Positions 49,983 through 62,530 of a DNA stretch of 64,000 nucleotides are shown in pieces. A program made the position numbers and the translations under genes. The stretch is from contig NC_057750.1 of NCBI RefSeq assembly GCF_004010195.1, positions 19,876,117 through 19,940,116 of the forward strand, in the 5' to 3' direction. This DNA comes from Chiloscyllium plagiosum (taxonomy: Eukaryota). How positions within the stretch are numbered: the first letter of the stretch is position 1; each line of letters starts with the position of its first letter. Under the pieces are notes generated by a model that made no database searches, was not told where the DNA came from, and worked only from the letters and a program-made list of their open reading frames with translations.

Positions 49983-50952
49983 TTAGTCTAGTGGTTATTA
50001 TATTCTTGTCTCAGAACAAGTGTGGTCTTTCGAAATGCAGCACTCGCTATCTGGTAGCCATGGCAGTGTCCGATCTACAGTTCATCATTTTTGAAGTCAT
50101 AATTAGTAACTTTCGCTACTATTATTATCCACCATGTTTCTTGGACATTGTTTCTTGGACCAGGGGTAAGTAACGGGGCTCAGGTCTCTGGCACGGAGCC
50201 TGTCCCCGTTACTCAGAAGGGAAGGGTGAAGAATCGTGTTACCTTTGTCCTGAACTTCATAGCAACTGTTTGTTCTGTCTGGTTCACTGTCGCTTTTTCT
50301 TTTGATCGATTTGTCGCTATTTGTTTTCATCAGATTAAAACTACATATTGCACATAAAAAGCTGCAACGAGAGTTCTAGCAACAATGTGCATTTTCTTTT
50401 CTTTAAAGAACATTCCCAACTACTTTCGATATAAACCTCTAACAATCATCAACAATGTTCCATGGTACTGATATTCCAGCTACAGTTATTATAATGACCT
50501 TCGTTGTGCAAGTTTTAAATATTTTGAATATTTTTAACACCATTGTTCCCATTCACTTTTATTCTTTTTATTAACATTCTGACTGTCAGACATATCCTTG
50601 AGGCCATTAAGAGGATAAGGAACTGAGGGGTCAAAGGAAAGCAGATAACGAACCAGAGGTAGACAACAGATGCAATTCTGTGTTTTTGCTCTTTGCTATA
50701 TCCACCAGTTTTATCCTTCTCTGGTCTGTGTATGTTACATATGCATTTAATGCTGGTTTTTCCTTGAATTGGGACGCTTATTATCTCTTTGAACAATTTG
50801 CATTTATGTTGCGGAGCCTAAGTTGTTGCACAAATGTATGTATTTATGTGATGACGCAGAAAGCATTCAGAGACCAGTTAAAGTATGCCATGAAATATCC
50901 AGTGATAAAAATAATTCAATTGCTGAATGAAATAACTGAGAGCCAACATTAG
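49983..50952 (+). pseudogene. GPR139-like GPCR pseudogene (main exon)
   Basis: Acceptor TAACAG|; NKCGLSKCSTRYLVAMAVSDL, FSFDRFVAIC and SCCTNVCIY; several stops, frameshifts and an insertion; exon 1 not found. Confidence 0.88.
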
Positions 50953-52797
50953 ACGCAGCAGATAATGGAACAAGGAGTCCACGTGAGAAAGGGACCAAAA
51001 AGAGGAGTAGGATTGGCAACATGATAACACTCCTTTTCGAATGGGCAAGGAATGATCATAAGGAGCAATAAGAAAATGACTGCAAGTGCAATGTAAAGTG
51101 CTGGAACAAAAAAACATAACCAAGAGAGAAATTAGATATGCCTGAAAAAAGAAATTCATTCCAAATAATCACTTCTCAGACAGTGATTCGATACCAAAAG
51201 AAAAGATCTGATGGAAAGTATCAGCATTCACTGCATGCCAATGTGAGAATAGCAATGATAGGCTCATGTCCACTTCTGCTCATGGAATTCTCTGCTGCAC
51301 ACTTCTGGACAGAATTTAAAAATGCAAGAAGTTTCCTATTATAAAGATTAAATAATATACTGTGAAAGAAATCTGTGTCTTTTGATTATAAGTGTATTTT
51401 CAGCAATACTGTGTGTTTTCATTCAGTTCCCCCGGCCTGATGCTGATATCACTTCCTTTTGTCATTCATTTCTTTCCAGGAAGCAGCTGCTGCGTTGATG
51501 GGGAGAATACAAGCTCAAATCAGAGAGCGCAGTGACAGATGAGATCCCATGCTCGGGAATGGGGTCGGATATGGCAGATGAGCCAACATCTTCAGTACTT
51601 TAATGGAAATGTTTTGTGGCTCTCAGTGATTCCATTAGGCTCAATGAGAACTTCCTCTGGATGAACTCTGCTTGCTTGTGGCTTCATAATGGAGCCTGAA
51701 AGCAATTCAAACTCATGCCCAAGAGTCATTGCTTTCATCTGTGAAATGGCTCCTACATCCATCCCTGCCTCAGCTCATAATTGGCAACTCAGTCATTCAT
51801 TCCATTGTGATCTTGGGACCCTCATATCCAGCGCCAATATTGGTCTGCGAACAGATTATAAACTCCACAAATTTGCTCTACCCAGATTTCTTTCTTTATC
51901 CTGGTTTGCTTTCCCAACAAATCCTAACTCCTCATCAATGCAGTTAACGTAATAACCAACACAGTCATATTGTCCTCCAAATTCTTGATTTTGAATTCTC
52001 ATCCATCTCTTCAAAATGTTCAATGGTCATCCATTGAAATCTTTGCTTGCTTGGATTGGTGTGACTCTTGAGTTCTAAACTCGATCTGAAATCATTCCAT
52101 CTTCTGCTGTGATATAAATGTTGCCAGGTGTTGAAATGGTAGACAAAATTATCGATTTCATTGAATTAAGTCAATTGAAATGATAGGTAAGAATGCCAGA
52201 AACAAAGTACGTTTGACAGTTGGGAACAGTCCTGTGTTACTGAGCTGTCTCTCCTTCTGGACTCCATCTCTAAATCCTTCCGATTAAGTAACTCCTTCTC
52301 CTACTTAAAATGCTCCTCAAAATCTCCCTAATGCATAAGTTACTGTCATCTGACCTGACATCACCTGCGATGGATCAACAATAACTATTTAATTTGGCAT
52401 GATAAAGGTCTTTTCAAGTATGTTTATGTAGCGATATAGTTGTACAGAATGTAAATAGCCTCTTCAGTATGACTCATCTATGCCAATCAGATATCTTACA
52501 TTAATCAAGTCCCATATGCCATCATTTGGCACTTATCCCTGTCATACTATCCTGTTTATGTACCTTTTCAGACACTTTTTAAAATATTGTGATTGCACCA
52601 ACTCCACCACTTGCTCTGACATTTCATTCCAAACTTGCACCACCCTTTGTGTGAAAAGGTTGTCCCTTATGTCCTCTAGTTTTAGATGAAGACCTTCACT
52701 ATTCACCCCATCCGTGTGCCTCATGATCTTATAAACCTCATACAGTCACACCCAGCTTCTGATACTGGGAAAATGAGCCCAGCCTATTCAGTCTTTT

Positions 52798-53297
52798 NNN
52801 NNNNNNNNNNNNNNNNNNNNNNNNNNNNNNNNNNNNNNNNNNNNNNNNNNNNNNNNNNNNNNNNNNNNNNNNNNNNNNNNNNNNNNNNNNNNNNNNNNNN
52901 NNNNNNNNNNNNNNNNNNNNNNNNNNNNNNNNNNNNNNNNNNNNNNNNNNNNNNNNNNNNNNNNNNNNNNNNNNNNNNNNNNNNNNNNNNNNNNNNNNNN
53001 NNNNNNNNNNNNNNNNNNNNNNNNNNNNNNNNNNNNNNNNNNNNNNNNNNNNNNNNNNNNNNNNNNNNNNNNNNNNNNNNNNNNNNNNNNNNNNNNNNNN
53101 NNNNNNNNNNNNNNNNNNNNNNNNNNNNNNNNNNNNNNNNNNNNNNNNNNNNNNNNNNNNNNNNNNNNNNNNNNNNNNNNNNNNNNNNNNNNNNNNNNNN
53201 NNNNNNNNNNNNNNNNNNNNNNNNNNNNNNNNNNNNNNNNNNNNNNNNNNNNNNNNNNNNNNNNNNNNNNNNNNNNNNNNNNNNNNNNNNNNNNNNN
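52798..53297. other. Assembly gap (500 N)
   Basis: N run. Confidence 1.
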
Positions 53298-53399
53298 CTG
53301 CCGTGCATTTCCAGCAACACTCTGATCTTGACATAACATTACTATCAGTTTTGCAATTTTGCTTGTGCAGTGGTCAGTCAAGACTATATTCACATGAGT

Positions 53400-53625
53400 C
53401 AGAAGTCACAAGATACCAGGTTAGTGCTCCACGTTTTCGGAGCGCTATTCCTTCATCAGGTGCATTACCTCTCGGTCTATAAATTCTGTGCCTGTAAGCT
53501 TCTCCCTACTTCACCTGACAAATGGGCAGCGCTACGAAAGTTTGAGATTTCAAATAAACCTGTTGAACTATAACCTGGTGTCATGTGACTTCTGACCTTG
53601 TCCACCACCGGTATCTCCACATCAT
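53400..53625. mobile_element. Palindromic Penelope-A mini-element with two degenerate HHR motifs
   Basis: ttttcggagcgctattccttcatcaggtg ... cacctgacaaatgggcagcgctacgaaag. Confidence 0.7.
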
Positions 53626-54189
53626 ATTCACAAGAGGCTTCCAATGTACTTTTAACAAAAGAATTGAAGACAATCGCACAAAAGAATAAGGAAAAAAGCT
53701 ATATATGGAGGACAATTTGTAAAGATCTTATAAACAGCAATAATAAAAATTCAACCCTTTTCCCCAACAATATCCTTTACGGACACTCAACCCCACTCTG
53801 ATCTTTCTTCCTTAGTTTCTTACCCATCTGACAAGATCACAAGCTTTTCTTTTTGGTGACTATCTGGACAGTCACCAGGTACGTCTCCCTGAGATACACA
53901 GAGATAGGTTAACTCACTGCGACTATTCTGACTGAACCCTGAGAAGAAATCTCAAGATGTTGACTACTTTGAGGCTGCTAAATCGTTCATCCACTGGTAT
54001 GGATATTTTCACCTGAACCGAACCTGCTTCTGGCCTGTCTCTAGGTCTTGGGGTGCATCTAAGTAAAAGCTTCAGCGTTATCTCACCAGGTGTCTTCTCT
54101 AGACATTTTGCCTGCCATATAATTTCTTGGAAATGTTGTTTTGACCTATTGTTTTAAAAATGAATTTCTAAGATTTAGAAAAGTCACCT

Positions 54190-57100
54190 CGGAAACAGGA
54201 AGTGGAGGCAGGAGGAGGCCAATCCATCCTTTGATCCTGCTCCACAATTCATTATGATCATAGCTGATCATTAACTCAGTGTTCTGTTCCCGCTAGATCC
54301 CTTTAGCCCGAAGAATTGCATCTAACTCCTTCTCGAAAACACTCAACTTTGGCCTCAGGTACTTAAATGTGGCAAAGAATTCCACAAGCTCAACACTATC
54401 CAGTTGAACATAATTCACTTCATCTCAGTCATAAATGGCCCTATCCTTAGATTCTGATCCCCTGGTCTGGACTCCTTGGTCATCAGGAACATCCTTCCAA
54501 CGTTTATCCTGTCTAGTCCTGTTGGAATTTTCTAGGTTTCTGTGAGATCACCCTTACCCACCATAGCCTGGACATTCTTCCTCAGATAAGGAGACCAAGA
54601 GGGCACATAATACTCCAGGTATGGTCTCACCAAGGCCATGTACGTATGCAGCAAGACATCCCTACTCCTGTAATTGAATCCTCTCGCTATGAAGGCCGAA
54701 TTACCGTTTACCTTCTTCACTGCTTGCTGTACCTGCAATGCTTACCTTCAGTGACTGGTGTACAAGGCAACGCCCAGATCACATTGAACCTTCCCCTTTC
54801 CAAATCGGTTGTCATTCCTGATGATAATGTGCCTTCCTGATTTTGCTACCAAAGTCTATAATCTCACATTTTTCCAGATTATACTTCAATAGCGATGCAT
54901 TTTACGACTCATTTAGCTTGTCTAAAACATAGAACATAGAACGTTACATCGCAGTACAGGCCCTTCGGCCCTCAATGTTGTGCTGACCTGTGAAATTAAT
55001 CTGATGTCCATGTCACCTACACCATTCCTTGATTACCCATATGTCTGCCCAATGCCCATTTAAATGCCCTTAATGTTGGTGAGTCTACTGCTGTTGCAGG
55101 CAGTGCGTTCCGCGCCCCCTACTACTCTCTGAGTAAAGAAACTATCCCTGATATCTGTCCTATATCTATCATCCCTCAATTTAAAGCCATGTTCCCTCGT
55201 GCTAGCCATCACCATCCGAGGAAAAAGGCTCTCACTGTCCATCCTATCTAACCCTCTGATTATCATATACGTCTTGATTAAGTCACCTCCCAACCTTCTC
55301 TCTAATGAAAACAGTCTCAGTTCCCTCAGCTTTTCCTCATAAGACCTTCCTTCCATACCAGGCCACATCCCAGTAAATCTCCTCTGAACCCTTTCCAAAG
55401 CTTCCACATCCTTCCTATAATGTGGTGACCAGAACTGTACGCATTTGATGGGGGACAGTGTAGAGTGAGCTTTACTCTGTATCTAACCCCGTGCTTCCCT
55501 GTCCCTGGGAGTGTTTGATGGGGGACAGTGTAGAGGGAGCTTTACTCTGTATCTAACCCCGTGCTGTCCCTGTACAGGCCCTTCGGCCCTCAATGTTGTG
55601 CTGACCTGTGAAATTAATCTGATGCCCATGTCACCTACCCCATTCCTTGATTACCCATATGTCTGCCCAATGCCCATTTAAATGCCCTTCATGTTGGTGA
55701 GTCTACTGCTGTTGCAGGCAGTGTGTTTCCACGCCCCCTACTACTCTGAGTAAAGAAACTATCCCTGATATCTGTCCTATATCTATCATCCCTCAATTTA
55801 AAGCCATGTTCCCTCGTGCTAGCCATCACCATCCAAGGAAAAACGCTCTCACTATCCATCCTATCTAACCCTCTGATTATCATATACGTCTTGATTAAGT
55901 CACCTCCCAACCTTCTCTCTAATGAAAACAGTCTCAGTTCCCTCAGCTTTTCCTCATAAGACCTTCCTTCCATACCAGGCCACATCCCAGTAAATCTCCT
56001 CTGAACCCTTTCCAAAGCTTCCACATCCTTCCTATAATGTGGTGACCAGAACTGTACGCAATACTCCAGGTGTGGCCTTACGAGTATCTTGTACAGCTGA
56101 AGCATGGCCTTCTGGCTCCTAAACTCAATCCCCCTACCAATAATGCCAACAGATCATATGCCTTCTTAACAACCCTTTCAACCTGGGTGGCAACTTTCAG
56201 GGATTTATGCATCTGGACACCAAGATCGCTCTGTTCTACACTGCCAAGAATTTTACCATTAGCCCAGTACTCTGCATTTCTGTTACTCCTTCCAAAGTGA
56301 GTCACCTCACACTTTCCCGCATTAAACTCCATTTGCCACCTCTCAGCCCAGCTCTGCAGCTTATCGATGCCCCTCTGTAACCCACAACATCTTTTGGCAC
56401 TATCCACAACTCTACCTACCTTAGTGTCATCCGCAAATTTACTCACCCACCCTTCTACGCCAACATCCAGATCATTTATAAAAATGACAAACAGCAGTGG
56501 CCCCCAAACAGATCCTTGTGGCACACCACTGGGAACTGAGCTCCAGGATGAACCTTTCCCATCAGTCACCACCCTCTGTCTTCTTTCAGCTAGCCAATTT
56601 CTGATCCAAACCGCTAAATCACCTTCAATCCTGAATCTCTGTACTTTGTGCAGTAGCCTCCCGTGTGGAACCTTATCAAACGCCTAACTGAAGCCCATAT
56701 ACACCACATCAACTACTTTACCCTCATCCACCTGTTTGGTCACCTTCTCAAAGAACTCAATAAGGTTTGTGAGGCACGACCTACCCTGCACAAAACCCTG
56801 TTGATAAAATAAACCTAATCAAATTATTCCTTTCCAGATGATTAGAAATCCTAAATCTTATAACCTTTTCCAACACTTTACCCAGAACCGAAGCAAGGCT
56901 CACTGGCCTATTAGTACCAGGGATGTCCTGAATCCCCTTCTTAAACAAGGGGACATTTGCTCTCCTCCAGTCTTCTGGCACTATTCCTGTTGACAATGAT
57001 GACATAAAGATCAAAGCCAAAGGCTCCGCAATCTCCTTCCTGGCTTCCCAGAGAATCCGAGGAAAATCCCATCCAGTCCAGGGGACTTATCTATTTTCAG

Positions 57101-57300
57101 ATCTTCCAAAATTGCTAAAACCTCCTCTTTAGCTAGCCAATCCCATCTAATCTGGTAGCCTGTAGCTCCGTATTCTCACTAACATTGCCCTTTTCCAATG
57201 TGAATACTGATGAAAATTGTTCATTTAGTGTTTCCTGTGTCCTCAGATTCTACACAAAACTTCCCACTACTATCTTTGATTGGCCCTAACCTTACTTTCG
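54190..57300 (-). mobile_element. CR1 fragments (older piece about 54190-54925; younger piece 54925-57300 with an internal 490-bp duplication)
   Basis: RT ORFs 55689-56572 with GVPQGSV.GP, FINDLD and KFADDTK. Confidence 0.9.
55444..55573. repeat. Two units of a satellite-like repeat of about 70 bp
   Basis: TTTGATGGGGGACAGTGTAGAG.GAGCTTTACTCTGTATCTAACCCCGTGCT occurs twice. Confidence 0.85.
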
Positions 57301-58129
57301 ATCTTACATCTCTGAATCCTCCTTCCAGCTCACCCTCCCTCCCTGCTTTGTGTCGCTAGCAAACCTGAAGATATTAAAGTGGGGGGGGGGGAGTGTCATT
57401 GATAAAATAGCTGAAGATGGATGGGCCTAGACATTACTCGGAGGAACTCCTGCAGAGATTTCCTGGAACTGAGATGACTGACCTCCAGGCTGCACAACCA
57501 GTGATGACTCCAATCAAGGGAGTGCTTCTCATGATTCTACTGACTGTAAGGACACTCACTCTCACCTTCCCTCTGGAACTCAGTTCTTCTGTCCATGTTT
57601 GAACCAAGGCTGTAATGAGGTCAAGAACTGAGTAGCCCTGGCAGAAACTAAACTGTGTGTCAGTAAACAGGGTACAGTTAAACAAGTTTTGCCTGAAAGA
57701 GCATTTCACAGAGAAAAGTATAGCGCAGGATCAGGCCCTTCGGCCCGACATCAACGTGCCAACCATGATGCCATTTTAAACTAATCCCATCTGCCTGCAC
57801 ATGGTCCATATCCCTCTTGTTCGCGCGTATCGAAATGCCTCTTAAACACTGCTATTGTATCTGCCGCTACCACCATGGTTTTTTTCCCCATCATGTAACA
57901 GTTTATTGTCAGTTCATGTACAGCTGTGCTTTTAGATCCTTGATGGGTACGGCACCACACGGATCCCATGCCCAATGGCTTTATTGGGCAGGTTACTGCT
58001 GAACTTTCCATGCCCCACGCCACTGTTTCCATCAGCACCGGTCACCTTACCCAAAATAACACAAGTCTCGTTTGGTTTACCACCAGGAGTTGCGGTCTTG
58101 TTCTTTGCTTTGTAGATATGCACATCTCT

Positions 58130-58975
58130 TAAGCAGAAAGGAGGACAGCAGATGCTGGAGATCAGAGTCAAGATCAGAGCGGTGCTGGAAACGCACTGCA
58201 GGTCAGGCAGCATCCGAGGAGCAGGAAAATCAACATTCCTGGCAAACACCCTTCATCAGGAATGAGGTAGGGAGCCTCCGGTATGGAGAGATAAATGCGG
58301 GGTGGGGAGGGGGTGCTGGGGAGAAGGTAGTAAAGAGTACAATAGGTGAATGGGGAAGGAGGTGGTAGNNNNNNNNNNNNNNNNNNNNNNNNNNNNNNNN
58401 NNNNNNNNNNNNNNNNNNNNNNNNNNNNNNNNNNNNNNNNNNNNNNNNNNNNNNNNNNNNNNNNNNNNNNNNNNNNNNNNNNNNNNNNNNNNNNNNNNNN
58501 NNNNNNNNNGTGGGGGGGTGGGGCTGGGGAGAAGGTAGCAAAGAGTACAAGAGGTGAAGGGGGGTGGGGATGGAGGTAATAGGTCAGAGAGGAGGATGGA
58601 GTGGATAGGTGGGAAGGGAGATTGGCAGGTAGGACAGGTCATGAAGACAGTGCTGAGCTGGAAGGTTGGAACTGGGGTAAGGTGAGGGGAGGGGAAATGA
58701 GGAAACCGGTGAAGTCCACATTGATGCCCTGGGGTTGAAGTGTTCCGAGATGGAAGATGAGGCATTCTTCCTCCAGGCGTCGGGTGGTGAGGGAGTGGCG
58801 GTGAAGGAGGCCCAGGACCTGCATGTCCTGGGCAGAGTGGGAGGGGGAGTTGAAATGTTGGGTCACAAGGTGGTGGGGTTGGTAGGTGCGGGTGTCCCGG
58901 AGATGTTCCCTCAAGCGCTTTGTGAGACAGTGTCCAGTCTCCCCAATGTAGAGGAGACTGCATAGGCAACATCTC
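58130..58975 (-). mobile_element. Penelope family B 3' part (GIY-YIG and terminal repeat); spans the gap at 58369-58509
   Basis: LLYIGETGHCLTKRLREH..HFNSPSHS..RLEEECLIFHLGTLQPQGIN. Confidence 0.88.
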
Positions 58976-60147
58976 TTACCCAAATATAATTTCCTTCTCA
59001 TTATAGCAATAATCACCCTCAATCCTCAGTAGGGCAGTGTGCTCTCTCTGGTTTCAAAGGGCTTGTTTATATCTGGTAAACACGCCTCTGCACTGAACTG
59101 CTGTGCTTTTCCAGCACCACACTCTTGACTCTAATCTCCAGCATCTGCAGTCCTCACTTTAACCACAATCTTCCAGGCACCGTGAGATTACTTGAGAGAG
59201 TTTGACCACCCGCCCTGATACCAAGATGGAGGAAGAGAATGTTAAAGGAATGTTAATGATTTCTGCAATCATTTTGATAATGATTGATAGTTGACTGATG
59301 AGGTGGTAACTGGATTTGTCCTTTTGTTTTGTACAGGACATACCTTGGCCTATGTTCTCCAATATCAGGGAGAGGCCAGTGTTGCAGCTGTACTGGAACA
59401 GCTTCGTGAGGTGTGCAGTAAGTTCTGGTGCACGCTTTCAGGACTGTTGTCAGACTGTTATCAAGACCCTCAGCCGTAGCCACATCCAATGCCTCCACCA
59501 CTTCTTGATGTTGCCTGGAATGAACTGAGTTGGCTGGAGGCTGGCACCGGTGACACCGGGTTCCTCTGGAGATGGATCACTTCTGGCTGAAGGTTGTGGC
59601 AAATACTTTAGCCTTATCCTTTTCACAAATGAGCATGGCTGATCGATCATTAAGGGTTTTGTGGAGTTTCAGTCGAGTGTGTTGAATCATGCACCACCAT
59701 TCACGATTGGATGTGGCAGGACTGCAGAGCTTTGATCTGATCAGTTAGTTAGGAGGTCATCTAACGCGGTCTGTCACTTGCTGCTGTCGGGAACGCATGT
59801 AGTCCTTTGGTGTAGCTTCAGCAGGTTAACACTTGATTTTTAGGTGTGCCTGATGCTGCTGTTGCATGCCCTCCTGCTGGGTGGTGATTGTCATGTTGGA
59901 GATCGGCCACATATGAGTGGGAGCAGGTGGCAGGTTGTGTTGGTGTACATTTCTACTGCTGATTATGACTCACTATGTCTCAGTATGTCCAGTCCTGAGT
60001 GCTGCATCTGTTCAAAGTCTATCACATACAGTTCAGCGATAGCGACACCTCAGTTTTGGTGAAACTATCATTTAACTTTGGATATTGCTGTGATCTTTGA
60101 TGATGGTCTTTGTTAAGGTCACAATACAAAGCTGAAAAAAATATCTG

Positions 60148-60404
60148 ACAGGTTTAATTGGAAGCACTAGCTTTCGGAGCACTGCTCCTCCATCAGGTGG
60201 CTGTGGAGTACACAATTGTAAGACAGAATTGTAAGACACATTTGTGAAAAATTCTGTGCCCTACAATTGTGTACTCCATAACCACCTGATGAAGGAGCGA
60301 TGCTCCGAAAGCTGGTGTTTCCAATTAAACCTGTTGGACTATAACCTGGGGTTGTGTGATTTTTAACTTTGTACACCCCAGTCCAACACCGACATCTCCA
60401 AATC
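60148..60404. mobile_element. Palindromic Penelope-A mini-element with HHR motifs on both strands
   Basis: CAC-CTGATGA-A-GGAGC(GAT)GCTCC-GAAA-GCTG-GTG at 60283-60317, with a mirror at 60165-60199; flanking TGAAAAA..TATCTG duplication. Confidence 0.8.
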
Positions 60405-60674
60405 ATGAAAAATATCTGGACACGCTCCAGTAACTGCTCCATTTCCTTAAACCCATTTGGAGTTTCTAAAATTATAGACAAGGCTATCATTCATCTGACT
60501 ACCAAATTATTACCTTTGAGTAAGTTAACTCCAGCAACAGGTCATTTCTTAATAAATTCGACCCCCACTTACTCTGTACAAGAGATCACATTCCAATTGC
60601 AGTTTATGCAACCAAACTTATGTACACTCGCCTATTTGACAATGCTGTGACTTTCACCGTAGTCTCTGACAGTA

Positions 60675-61230
60675 GATGACCTTAAGACCACAAGATACAG
60701 GAGCAGAATTAGCCTGTCAGCCTGCTGCATCTGCTCAACCATTCAAATGTGGCAGGTATGTTTCTCAGCTCCATTCTCCATCTTCTCCACACCACCCTGA
60801 CACCTTCCTAATCAAGAACCTGTCTCTGTCTTCAACAGACTCAATGACTGGGTCTCCACAACTTTCAGAGGCAATGAGTCCCACAGACTCCCCACTCTCT
60901 GGCTGAAGAAATTCCTCCTCACCTCAGTTCCAAAGGATCGTCCCTTCACTCTGAGGCTGTGCCCTTGCATTCTAGTCTCCCCCAGTAGTGGAAACAGATT
61001 CTCCACATCCAATCTGCCCGGGTCTCTCAGAATCCTGTACCTTTCAATTAAATCCACTGCCTCATCCTTGTAAACTCCATCAAACACAGACCCAGAGCCA
61101 TCAACTGTTCTTCATTGAACAAGCCCTTCATACCCAGGATCACTCTTGTAAACTTCCTTTGGACCCCCTCCAATACCAGCACATCATGCCTTAGATATGG
61201 GGCCTGAAACTGCTCACAATATTCCAAATG
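60675..61230 (-). mobile_element. CR1 3' fragment
   Basis: HLEYCEQF..LEGVQRKFTR; GHSLRVKGRSFGTEVRRNFFSQRV. Confidence 0.85.
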
Positions 61231-61239
61231 AAAAGGGCT

Positions 61240-62530
61240 GCCTGTATCCGAACTTTGAGTCAAATTGGTTCTGTTTCCAAAGCAAGAAGTTATAAAATGT
61301 CACATCGACTGGCTGCCTACAGATTGTGTGCTTAATGAACAAAACAGAATCTATCTGCTAATACAAATCTGCAAATGCAAATTCACCACCTAGACTTACA
61401 TATGTACATGTGTGTTTGAGTTTGTGTGCAAATGTGTGTGTGAGAGAGAGAGAGAGGGTGTGTGTGTGTTTGTGAGTGTGTGAGAGAGAGAGAAAGAGGG
61501 GAAAGAGTCCATGTGTGAGAGAGAAAGAGTGTGTGAGTGTGTGTGTCAGAGGGAATGAGTGTGTCTGTGTGACAGGGAATGAGTGTGTGTGTGAGAGAAG
61601 GAATGAGTGTGTGTGTGAGAGGGAATGGGTGTGTGTCTCTCTGTGTATGTGTGTGTGTGTGCTTGAGAATGTGACGGAGTATATGCCTGTGAGTGGATGT
61701 GCACATGTGCATGCATGTGTCTGAGAGAAAGCGTGTGTATGAGTGTGTGTGTGTGAGACTGTGTGTGTGCACATTTGAGTGTACAGTGTAGTGGGGTCAC
61801 CTGTAGTGTGACATGAACCCAAGGTCCCAGTTGAGGCTGTCCTCATGGGCACCGAACTCAACTGCAACAGGGATCTTGGGTTGATGTCACACGACAGGTG
61901 ACCCCACTATACTATCCACCCTCACACACAAGCACACACATACATATACACACACTCTTACACATGATCATACTCACACTGAACATCTNNNNNNNNNNNN
62001 NNNNNNNNNNNNNNNNNNNNNNNNNNNNNNNNNNNNNNNNNNNNNNNNNNNNNNNNNNNNNNNNNNNNNNNNNNNNNNNNNNNNNNNNNNNNNNNNNNNN
62101 NNNNNNNNNNNNNNNNNNNNNNNNNNNNNNNNNNNNNNNNNNNNNNNNNNNNNNNNNNNNNNNNNNNNNNNNNNNNNNNNNNNNNNNNNNNNNNNNNNNN
62201 NNNNNNNNNNNNNNNNNNNNNNNNNNNNNNNNNNNNNNNNNNNNNNNNNNNNNNNNNNNNNNNNNNNNNNNNNNNNNNNNNNNNNNNNNNNNNNNNNNNN
62301 NNNNNNNNNNNNNNNNNNNNNNNNNNNNNNNNNNNNNNNNNNNNNNNNNNNNNNNNNNNNNNNNNNNNNNNNNNNNNNNNNNNNNNNNNNNCACACACAC
62401 ACACACACACTCACACAACACAAACACACACACACACCACACACACACACACACACTCACACACACACACAGACACACACACAGACACAGGTCTATAGTG
62501 TGAGTTTGCATTTGCAGATACATTCTACTT
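61240..62530. mobile_element. Inverted pair of Penelope-A 3' regions with (CA)n tracts; spans the gap at 61989-62391
   Basis: gtggggtcacctgtagtgtgacatgaacccaag (minus copy) faces cttgggttgatgtcacacgacaggtgaccccac (plus copy). Confidence 0.65.

Noticed and set aside
52686..53393. Long ORFs spanning N runs (also at 58.2-58.9 kb and 61.9-62.7 kb)
   Set aside because: They are artefacts of assembly gaps.
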